This document shows, piece by piece, positions 54,762-64,000 of a DNA stretch of 64,000 bases. The notes below the pieces were generated by a model. That model was not told where the DNA came from. It worked only from the letters and a program-made list of their open reading frames with translations, and made no database searches. The first letter of the stretch is position 1. Each line of letters begins with the position of its first letter. The stretch is taken from assembly GCA_963839395.1 (NCBI GenBank), contig CAWIUW010000013.1, positions 25,870 to 89,869 of the forward strand. Reading direction: 5' to 3'. Source of the DNA: an uncultured Actinomycetota bacterium. GTDB lineage: Bacteria; Actinomycetota; UBA4738; HRBIN12. Both the position numbers and the translations under genes were made by a program.

Positions 54762-57700
54762 CTAGGTGCCGTCACTTCGGACGTCGTCGATCAACGCTCG
54801 CGCCGACGCCGTCCCGGGCTCGTGCCCCTTGCGCTCGTACGCCGCCAACGCGGCGCGGGCCGCGTCCGCCGCTTCCTCGGGCAGGCCGGCCGCGCGTGCG
54901 ACCTCCGCGAGCGTCATCAGGGTAGTCCCCGTGGAACCAGGGGCTCTGCGCCTCGGCGTAGAGGTCGACGGCCTCTCGTGCGAGCCGGCGCGCCTCTTCG
55001 TGCTCGCCTCGGGACGACCGGACCAGCGCCTGGGCGGAGCGCGCGCTCGCCTGCGTGGCCAGGTCGTCGTCGGCGCCCATGGTGCGCGCGATCGTCGCGA
55101 ACTCCTCCGCCTCGTCGAACCGACCCAGACGACAGAGCGCGACGGCGAGGTATGCCGCGGAGGTCGACCCGTGTCCCTCGTCGCCGAGGCGCCGATGGAT
55201 CTCGTATTCCTTGCGGAACGATCGCTCAGCCGCCTCCGGGTCACCCGCCATCTGCTCGATCTCGCCGCCGAACTCGTAGCACGCCGATGACCCACAGACT
55301 CCGAACCGAATCGCTCAGCGAGCGCCTCGGACTCACGGATCCGTTCACGGGCTCGATCGAAGTCACCGGTCATGGCGTCGAAGACACGCTTCCGTGCATC
55401 AGGGCGACGTGGCCGATGAGTCCGTCGCGCCCGAACTCGGTCACCACCGCATCGAGCGACGGCCTCCCTTCGGCGGGCGACGTCGACCCGAGCAGCTCGG
55501 TCGCCAACTTCATGGTCATCGCGTCCATCAGGAGCGACCGATCTCCGGTGCGGCGCGCGTGCTCCACGGCGTGGATCGCCGCCTCCCTCGCCGCGTCGAA
55601 ACGGCACGGCATCCATTCCACCTGCGCGAGCCCCAACCACACGACGCGAGCGCCTCGTCGTCGCCGCCCGGCTCGAGCTCGGCTCTCGCCGCGGCCACCT
55701 CCGCTCGGAGGTCGTCGGTGGTGAAGCCGATCGGGTCGATCATCATCTGCACGAGGCCCCGTTCGATCCTGGCCATCCACTCGATCGATCGCTGTCCGCT
55801 CGCAGCGGCCGCCGCCACGGCCTCGTCGAGCGCGAGCGAACGCCACGCGTGGGTCGAGGCCGCGCAGGCTCGCCCGCCCGACGTCGTACAGGGCGCGGGG
55901 TCGATCCGGATGACCCTCGGGGAGGAGGTCGGCCGCGTGCCGGAACAGCGTCGCGGCCGCCCGGTCGTCGCTCCGATCCGACGCTCGGCGGGCGCTCGCC
56001 GCGTAGTGCCTGGCGGCTCGAAGCCCCAGCTCCCGACCCGCCTCATCCAGCGGGCCGAGCTCCGAGCAGGAGCAGGTGTGCCTGCTCCAGGTGGTAGGCG
56101 AGGATCTCCTCGAACTCCTCGACTCGGGCCTCCCCGACGCCCTCGAGCCAGTCGGCGTACCGCTCGTGCAGCTCGGCACGGAGCGCCTTGGGCGCGGCCT
56201 CGTAGGCGGCGTCGCGGATCAGCTGGTGGCGGAACCGGAACGCGTCCTCGCCCGCGAGCATCGAGCGGTCCGGCCGGATCAGGTCGCGCCGGACGAGGCT
56301 CATCAGGGTCGGCCGCACCTCCCCGCCGTCGACGTCCAGCAACGCCGCGACCGCGCCCACGTGGAACTGCTTGCCGCACACCGCCGCCCGCTGGATCGCC
56401 GCCCGTTCGTCGCCGGTGAGCTGATCGAGCCGCGCGGCCAGCAGCGCCTGGATCGTCGGAGGCACCCGGAGGTCGGACAGCGCACCCGTCGCCACCCATC
56501 GGTCGCCGTCGCGAGCGAGCAGTCCGTCGTCGATCAGCATCGAGAGCATCTCCTCGACGAACAGCGGCGTGCCCTCGGCCGCGGCGAGGATCCGATCGCG
56601 CGCCTCCTCCGGGAGCGCGGCGCGACCGAGCAGGTTCCCGATCAGGTCGCCGCACTGATCGTCGGAGAGCGGCTCGAGCGAGATCGTCGTGGCGTTGAAC
56701 TTGCCGCCGGCCCCAGCCCGCCCGCTCGTCCAGCAGCTCGGGCCGCGCGAGGCAGAGCACCAGGATCGGCGCCTCGCGCGCCCAGTCCGTGATGTGCTCG
56801 ATCAGGTCCAGGAACGTGGGCTCGCCCCAGTGGATGTCGTCGAACACCACGGCGAGCGGCGCGGTCTGCGCGACCGCCTCCAGGAACGACCGGACCGCCC
56901 AGAACGTCTCCTCGACCGAGCTGTCGCGATCGGCCGCGGCGAACAGCTGCGCGAGCGTCGAGCACGCCGGGCCGTCCGTCCCGATGCACCGCGCAGATCT
57001 TCCGCTCGATCTCCTCGGGCGCGTCGAAGTCCTCCAGGCCGGCCGCCTCCTTCACGACCTCGCCCACCGGGAAGAACGTGATCCCCTCGCCGTACGGGAG
57101 GCACCGGCCTCGAAGGACGGTCGCCTCTTCGAGCGAACCGAGGAACTCCTCGACCAGCCGGGATTTGCCGACCCCGGGGGTACCGAGGATCGTGAACAGC
57201 TGACACGAGCGATCGGCGATCGCGGCCTCGAACGTCTGCCGGAGCCGGGAGAGCTCCCGCTCCCGACCGACCATCGGCGAGTCCAGGCGACGAGCGAGCC
57301 CGGCGACCCCGGCCGTCACCTCGACCAGACGGAACGCGGCGAGCGGCTCCGACTTGCCCTTGACCTCGAGCGGCGAGACCGGCTCGGCGACCACGGCGTC
57401 CCGGACGAGGCGAAGGGTCTCCTCGCCGATCAGGACGGTTCCCGGCTCCGCCGCCTGTTCCAGCCGGGCGGCGACGTTCACGGCGTCGCCGGTGACGAGC
57501 GTGTCGGCTTGTTCCCCCGCCACCACCTCGCCGGTGTTCACGCCGATCCGGGCGGCGAGCGAGACGCCGTGGTCGCGTTCCAACTCCTTGTTCAGCGTCG
57601 TGAGCGCGTCTCGCATCTCCGCCGCGGCGCGAACCGCCCGAAGGGCATCGTCCTCGTGGATCGCCGGGACCCCGAACACCGCCATCACCGCGTCGCCGAT

Positions 57701-57952
57701 GAACTTCTCCACGGTCCCCCCGTGGCGCTCCAGCGCCGCGCGCATCTCGGCGAAGTAGCGCGACATCACCCGGCGGAGCGATTCGGGGTCGAGGCGCTCG
57801 CCCATCGCGGTCGAGCCCGTGACATCGCAGAAGACCACCGTCACGGTCTTGCGGACCTCCTGGCGGCCGGGCGGAGCCAGCGGCGCCGAGCACGCCGGGC
57901 AGAACGCGAAATCGTCCGGGGACTCCCGCCCACAGTTCGCGCAGGTCAGCAC
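54762..57952 (-). pseudogene. Zinc-ribbon/class III cyclase/AAA-STAND/TPR protein, paralog 3, fragmented over at least 5 frame segments
   Basis: 56642..57952 (MLTCANCGRESPDDFAFCPAC, cyclase, P-loop ILGTPGVGKSRL). 55528..56850 (MVFDDIHWGEPTFLDLIEH...). 56043..56549, 55370..56179 and 54762..55640 (TPR). Confidence 0.7.
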
Positions 57953-58074
57953 TGCTGGAGCCTATGACACGGGCTTCCCGAGGACGAGGCGCCCCACCAC
58001 GGAGACGCCCGACTGCTACCTTCCGCGCTCCGTCCCGCACACTTGAGGGGATCGCTCACGAAGGAGGAGAGGAC

Positions 58075-58425
58075 ATGCCAGGTATCGAGAGCAGGACTTT
58101 CAACAAGCCGGACGAGACGAAGTCGATGGACAAGACGACGATCGAACTGGTCGGGCTCGCGGGCGGCCGGATCCAGCGGACGACGTTCGAGCCTGGATGG
58201 CGGTGGTCCGAGTGCATCGGGCCGGCGGTCGGCTCGGATCGCTGTCAGGTCGAGCACATCGGGTATGCGGCTGCGGGTCGGCTGCAGATCGAGCACGACG
58301 ATGGGAGCACGACCGAGATCCAGGCCGGTGACGTCTTCCGGGTCGCGCCGGGACACGATGGGTGGGTCGTCGGCGACGAGCCGGTCGTCTGGATCGAGTT
58401 CCAGGGAGCGGCCCACCTGACGTGA
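58075..58425 (+). CDS. Cupin domain protein (116 aa)
   Basis: ATG 58075 with GAAGGAGGAGAGG SD. ...VEHIGYAAAGRLQIEHDDGSTTEIQAGDVFRVAPGHDGWVVGDEPVVWIEF. Confidence 0.65.
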   Translation: MPGIESRTFNKPDETKSMDKTTIELVGLAGGRIQRTTFEPGWRWSECIGPAVGSDRCQVEHIGYAAAGRLQIEHDDGSTTEIQAGDVFRVAPGHDGWVVGDEPVVWIEFQGAAHLT

Positions 58426-58446
58426 AGCGGAAGCGAGGAGCTCTCC

Positions 58447-58797
58447 TCAGGCGGACGTCTTGTCGAGATGCTGGAGGAGCTGGTGCGCCGCGAGCTCGAC
58501 CTCCTTGTGACGCCACTCGGCGGCGCGGTACTGACACGCGATCAGCCCGCTGCGATGGAGACGCCGGAAGTCGCCGTAGACGAACGCGTGCCGCGACTTC
58601 GTCTCATCGGTCGCGCCCTCGGTCAGGCCGAGGAACCACTCGGCGTAGTCATCCCATGAGTGCGACTCGAGGTAGGCGTTCTCATCGTCCGCCCCCGGCT
58701 GCACCTCGCCCCACTCGCTGTCCAGGACGTACTGGTGGGCATCGATGAGCTTCCTGGCTCGGGCGACGGCGGCCCGGTTCACGATGTAGGAGGCCAT
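58447..58797 (-). CDS. Hypothetical protein (116 aa)
   Basis: MASYIVNRAAVARARKLIDAHQYVLDSEWGEVQPGADDENAYLESHSWDDYAEWFLGL.... High GC3, no family recognised. Confidence 0.45.
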   Translation of the reverse strand: MASYIVNRAAVARARKLIDAHQYVLDSEWGEVQPGADDENAYLESHSWDDYAEWFLGLTEGATDETKSRHAFVYGDFRRLHRSGLIACQYRAAEWRHKEVELAAHQLLQHLDKTSA

Positions 58798-58810
58798 AGC
58801 TCCTTCTTGG

Positions 58811-59209
58811 TCACGACTTCGGCTGTCGCCCGGCGGGTTGGAACAGCTCCACGACGTTGTCGGACGGGTCTTCGAGGAGGATCTGCTTGCCGCCCGGACC
58901 TTCGATGATGTCGTTCCGGAACCTCGCGCCCACGTCGCGGAGACGAGCGACCTCGGTGTCGATGTCGTCGACGACGAAATGGATCCGGTTCCATCCACCC
59001 GGTCCGGGCTTCGTGCCATCGGGCATCGGACGTCCCGCCGAGCTGGTCGGTCCCGCGAGCAGCAGGCGGAGATGGCCGCGCCGCACATCCGCGAACGCGG
59101 GCGACGCGTTGGTCAGGAGCTCGAAGCCGAGAAGGTCCGTGTAGAACGCGATCGCCTCATCGACGTCATCGACCATGTAGCGAACGTTGACCGTCTCTTC
59201 ATCCGGCAT
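58811..59209 (-). CDS. VOC-family (glyoxalase/bleomycin-resistance/dioxygenase) protein
   Basis: 132 aa. VRYMVDDVDEAIAFYTDLLGFEL...RIHFVVDDIDTEVARLRDVGARF. Confidence 0.75.
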   Translation of the reverse strand: MPDEETVNVRYMVDDVDEAIAFYTDLLGFELLTNASPAFADVRRGHLRLLLAGPTSSAGRPMPDGTKPGPGGWNRIHFVVDDIDTEVARLRDVGARFRNDIIEGPGGKQILLEDPSDNVVELFQPAGRQPKS

Positions 59210-59315
59210 GTGAGGACCTCCTCACCCGTGTTCGGTCCGCGCAACGAGACTACCGAACGGGCATCTGGAGCGATGGCATGAGATCGGAGCGGGAGCCCGA
59301 CCTGACCGACTGACG

Positions 59316-60101
<786 letters not shown>

Positions 60102-60132
60102 CGCGCGGTGAGCCTACGCCCGCAGGAGCTCA

Positions 60133-60658
60133 GAGTGGAAGTGACAACTGTCGGCGTCGCGCCAGGGCGCGGGGGGTGCAGTCGACCAGGAGGAATCGAA
60201 CGAAGTGCTGGTTGCTGAGCGCCATCGGTCCCCTCGCGCGGCGCACCGCCTCGATCGCCTCCTCGGGCGTGTAGCCGAGCTCCACGAGCGCGCGTCCGAC
60301 GAGGAGCCCGGAGCGGTTCACGCCGCTCAGACAGTTCACCGCGACGTGCTTGCCCCTCACTGACGAGCGAGGCGATCCTCTCGCCCGCCCTGTGGATCAT
60401 CTCCGCATCGGCGATGAACGGGACGTCATCGAGCGGAAGGAAGCTGTACCGAGGATCGGGGTCCCCCTCCCACCGATCTCGTCCGCCCACGTCGATCAGG
60501 ACATCGAACATCGACAACATCTCGGCTGGCGAATGCGCGGCGCTCGCCTGGGTGAGCCCCCGGATCACCTCCGTGTACGGCTCGACCGGGTAGTCGTACT
60601 GGACGACGTCCTCCGCCTTCATACCTGCATCGTCGGACTCGAGGACGCCGTCCGTCAA
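60133..60658 (-). pseudogene. Dual-specificity/tyrosine protein phosphatase (CX5R), with an apparent frameshift near 60360
   Basis: N-terminal part in frame 60098..60658. The catalytic VAVNCLSGVNRSGLLVGRALVELGYTPEEAIEAV is in frame 60130..60360. Confidence 0.55.
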
Positions 60659-60735
60659 CGGTCTTCCCGTTCACCCGCGTTCGAAGATCACGTCGCCCTC
60701 TGGACACGGGCGTGTCGCGGATTAGGCTCTGCGTC

Positions 60736-60906
60736 ATGGAAGAGATGAAGTGGAAGGTCGAGGTTCACGGCGACCGCGTCGTCCTGATGCTTCCGCATCC
60801 GGAAGGCGGTCAGGACACGACGTACGCCTTCGACACGAGCGCGGATGACGCTCGCGAGCTGGCGGAGTCGATCAGCGCCGCGGCCGACGAGGCGAGCGCC
60901 ACCTGA
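60736..60906 (+). CDS. Hypothetical small protein (56 aa)
   Basis: MEEMKWKVEVHGDRVVLMLPHPEGGQDTTYAFDTSADDARELAESISAAADEASAT. High GC3. Confidence 0.4.
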   Translation: MEEMKWKVEVHGDRVVLMLPHPEGGQDTTYAFDTSADDARELAESISAAADEASAT

Positions 60907-61007
60907 TCACACGGGAGAGCTGAGGGCCTGCCCCTACTCCCAGCCCCGGTCTCCACGTTGGGCACCATGCGCTGCGATGAGGGAGTGTCAAAGCGGGCTC
61001 AGACGGT

Positions 61008-61613
61008 TCACCGCGACGTGCCTCCGCTCACCCGGTCGAGGAACGCCCGCGAGCGCTCCGCCACCAACGCGGTCGCCTCCGCGTCGTACGACGGGAGGGA
61101 GCTGTCGGTGAACAGGTGTCGGTCGCCCGGGTAGACGAACAGCTCGGAGAGCGCGGGTCCCACCGTCTCGACCAGCTCCCGTGCGGCATCGAGGTCGCCC
61201 CCTTGCCCGAAGAACGGGTCCTCTTCCATTCCGTGGATCTGCACGGGGACCCCTTCCGGCCACGGTCCGAAGGCCCACTCGCCGGTGATCGGCATGCAGG
61301 CCTCGTAGAGCAGCGCTCCGCGCGCACCCGGTCGCGTCTGCGCGAGTCGCTGCGCTTCGCCCACCCCGAAGGAGAAGCCCGCGTACACAAGGCCATCGGA
61401 CAGGTCGGCGACGGCCTTCTCGGCACGCTCCCGGAGCACGTCGTCCCCGATCGTGTTCGCGAGGGCCATGCCGTCGTCGATGCTCTCCGGCCGTGCGCCG
61501 TCGAACAGGTCGGGCGTGTGCACGGTGTGCCCGCCGGCACGGAGCTCCTCGGCGAACGCGCCGACCCCATCGGTCAGTCCTTGCACGTGATGGAACAGAA
61601 CGACCTCTGCCAC
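61008..61613 (-). CDS. Dienelactone hydrolase family protein
   Basis: 201 aa. VVLFHHVQGLTDGVGAFAEELRAGGHTVHTPDLF...GFSFG (nucleophile elbow)...H. Confidence 0.75.
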   Translation of the reverse strand: MAEVVLFHHVQGLTDGVGAFAEELRAGGHTVHTPDLFDGARPESIDDGMALANTIGDDVLRERAEKAVADLSDGLVYAGFSFGVGEAQRLAQTRPGARGALLYEACMPITGEWAFGPWPEGVPVQIHGMEEDPFFGQGGDLDAARELVETVGPALSELFVYPGDRHLFTDSSLPSYDAEATALVAERSRAFLDRVSGGTSR

Positions 61614-61676
61614 GGCTAGACTCCTCTCATCGGACGACTTCCATCGACTGAACCAGAATCCTAGAATATTCCAGAC

Positions 61677-62264
61677 ATGTCAAACGATGAGCGGAAGGTC
61701 CCCGACTACGACCTCGAGGAGATGGTCGTGGTCACCGCGCACGACCAGCTGCGAGCGCTGGCCGACCCCTTGCGTGCCACCCTCCTCGAGCTGGTCCTCG
61801 AGCGTGCCGCCACGATCACCGAGATGGCGCGGGCGGTCGACCGTCCCAAGAGTTCCATCGCCTACCACGTGAACCTGCTCGTGGATGCCGGTCTCCTCCG
61901 CGTGGTGCGCACGCGGCGAGTGCGAGCGATCGAGGAGCGATTCTACGGACGGGTCGCCCGGACGTTCTACATCGGCGTGCTCAACCGTCCCGAGGACAAG
62001 CAGGTCGCGGCGGCCATCAATGGGCTCGCGCAGGCAGCCGCCGAGTCCGGACCGGCCCACGTAGCCGATGAGCTGCGGTGCACGCTCTCGCACGCCCGCA
62101 TCCCGATCGAGGACGTACGCAGCTTCTGGGCACAGGTCCAGGAGATCGCGCGCACGTTCGCCAAGATCCCCAGGGCGGGCGACCAGGTCTACGGCTTCGT
62201 CGCCGGCCTGTATCCCACCGACGCGCCCACGCTCCCCGACCCCGAGCCAGACGCGACCGACTGA
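61677..62264 (+). CDS. ArsR/SmtB-type winged-helix transcriptional regulator with C-terminal extension
   Basis: LADPLRATLLELVLERAATITEMARAVDRPKSSIAYHVNLLVDAGLL. Confidence 0.65.
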   Translation: MSNDERKVPDYDLEEMVVVTAHDQLRALADPLRATLLELVLERAATITEMARAVDRPKSSIAYHVNLLVDAGLLRVVRTRRVRAIEERFYGRVARTFYIGVLNRPEDKQVAAAINGLAQAAAESGPAHVADELRCTLSHARIPIEDVRSFWAQVQEIARTFAKIPRAGDQVYGFVAGLYPTDAPTLPDPEPDATD

Positions 62265-62299
62265 CGTCGGACGGCAGCATGACCGCTCGTCGTCGATGT

Positions 62300-64000
62300 T
62301 CAGTCGAGCAGAGCGTCCACCGCGCCGAGCGTGTCGGTCAGTCGCTCCGCCAGCGTCGTCGCGAGCCATCGGTGCAGCGCCGCGGCGAGCTCCGGCTCCT
62401 CGGACTCGAGGCGCTCGATCGACTCGCGGCTGATGCGAAGGACCACGGAAGGGGCCTCGGCCACGACGTCTGCGGTGCGCTGGATGCCCGTGTAGAGCGT
62501 GATCTCACCCACGACGACGCCGGGCCGGAGCGTCCGCAGCCGGAGCCGGCTGCCCTCGGGCGTCGTGGTCTCCACGGCCAGGCGCCCGGACTCGAGCACG
62601 TAGATGTCGCCCGGCGGGTCGTCCTGGTGCAGCAGGACCGTGCCCTCGGGCACCGAGACGCGCTCGAGGTGGGCCTCGAGGCCAGGTGGCAGACCGTCGG
62701 GACCGCGCGCGGAGGGATGCTCCGCCACGGCCTCGGCCAGGCCGGGGGCGGAGAGCAGTGCGTCCTCGCACCGCTGCAGCCCCCGGTCCAGGTCGGGCTC
62801 GAAGGAGACGAGCCCATCGCTCTCGACCACGCCTCCGCGCGCGAGCTGGGCGCGAACCGGATCGGACGCGGCCGTGAAGATCACCTCGGATCCGGAAGAC
62901 TCCGCCAGGCGCATGCACCTTCACGAACGACACGACCGCCGAGGAATCCACGCCCGTCACGCGCCGGAGATCGATCACCAGGAACCGCGGCGGCGTGGCC
63001 TCTTCCACTCGCTGTGCGGATCCGCTCCAGCAGGCGGTTGGTCGATCCGAAGAACACGAACCCGCTCACCCGCAGGATCTGGACGCGCTCGGAGAGCCCG
63101 CGCAGCTCGGCGCGCTCGGTCGGCCGGTCGATCGACGTTGCGAGCGATAGGTCTCGCCGAAGGCGACCTCGCGCACCAGCTCGATCCGGCCGTAGCTGAT
63201 CGCGAACAACACGACCGCGAGCACCAGGCCGATCACGACACCGGTCAGGAACCCCCAGACGATGATCCCCAGCAGGATCACCACCACCACGGCGTATTCG
63301 CGCGGGGGCAGCGACCGCCGCTTGTCCCAGACCCACTCGACGATGAAGGCGAGCCCGAGGAACACCAGCACGCCCCCGACGATCATCTTCGGGATCAGCG
63401 CGACGACCGAGCCGCCCAACACGACGGCGGCCAGCGGGACGAGCGCCGCGACGAGCCCGGCCGCGCGCGCGTCCACGCGCATGTGCGCCGCGAGTGCCGT
63501 GAGGCTGAGCGCGTGATAGCCGGGGATCCCACCGAGCGCCCCCGACACGAGGTTCAGGACCCCGGCCCCGCGCATCTCCTGGTTCGTGTCGAGGTCTCGG
63601 TCCAAGACGAGCTCGGTGCCGCTGATGTTGAACAGGATCGCGAACGTGGCCACGAACACGGCGGTCGCGATCCCGGCCCACGATGCGAGCACGGAGGGCC
63701 AGTCGGCGCCGCCGAGCGCCCTGAACGCCCACGGCTGCCACGGCTGCGCCGTCTCGGACGGTGAGAACAGCAGCCACCCCCCCTCGCGGACCTCCTCGAT
63801 CGAGGAGCCGGTGGCGACCATCCCCGCCACGAACACCACGAGCCCGATCACGATCACCGCCGGGATCACGAGCGGCCGCTTCACGACCCGCACCGCGACG
63901 AGCAGGAGTACGCCGAACGCGAGGGCCGAAAGCCAGTGGGCGAGGTGGTATTGGCGGATCAGCGCGGGGACACAGTTGCACCACCGCCCTGCGCGGTAGC
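62300..64000 (-). pseudogene. SulP-family anion transporter fused to STAS and cyclic-nucleotide-binding (cNMP) domains. Its N-terminus lies beyond the window end and it is fragmented by at least 3 apparent frameshifts.
   Basis: SulP TM region in frame 63066..63893. STAS pieces ...RVQILRVSGFVFFGSTNRLLERI (62881 frame) and PPRFLVIDLRRVTGVDSSAVVSFVKV (62505 frame). cNMP-binding domain in 62300..62914 (GDIYVLESGRLAVE...GVVVGEITLYTG). Confidence 0.65.

Overview
The window is a very high-GC (about 70%+) bacterial chromosomal segment, probably actinobacterial. I found no rRNA, tRNA, CRISPR array, transposase or integrase. It is densely coding and unusually rich in signal-transduction genes. It carries 5 histidine kinases, 1 OmpR-type response regulator and 1 receiver-like membrane protein. 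It also carries 4 class III nucleotide cyclases, three of them in a zinc-ribbon/cyclase/AAA-ATPase/TPR architecture, plus a GGDEF-EAL protein and a cNMP-binding SulP-STAS transporter. The left 6 kb is a small catabolic cluster (CMD, ABM, 2-hydroxyacid dehydrogenase, amidohydrolase-2, FAD monooxygenase, cupin, cyclic amidohydrolase, RidA). The most unusual feature is a two-gene cassette present twice, at 24.0-27.8 kb and 43.2-47.2 kb. Each copy is a secreted S8 subtilisin whose C-terminus is 12-14 tandem Trp-containing hexapeptide repeats (consensus S/N-T/S-S-W-S-S), encoded by 18-bp DNA repeats. It is followed 12-13 bp later by an orphan 7TM-GAF-PAS histidine kinase. Other candidates are a translationally coupled operon of a tiny acidic D/G/T-repeat peptide, a ROX/JmjC-type 2OG oxygenase and a sucrase-ferredoxin-like protein (8.8-11.2 kb). 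There is an XRE-HTH plus minimal nucleotidyltransferase toxin-antitoxin-like pair with an AT-rich palindromic operator (48.9-49.8 kb). A CqsA-like alpha-oxoamine synthase, TPR protein and MFS exporter sit directly downstream of a polytopic orphan kinase (33.4-39.2 kb). A histone-H1-like K/R/A/T-rich tandem-repeat protein lies at 13.9-14.8 kb. The sequence also contains at least 18 apparent frameshifts that split otherwise recognisable genes, concentrated in the last 13 kb. These are most likely indel errors or local gene decay, and they limit confidence in exact boundaries.
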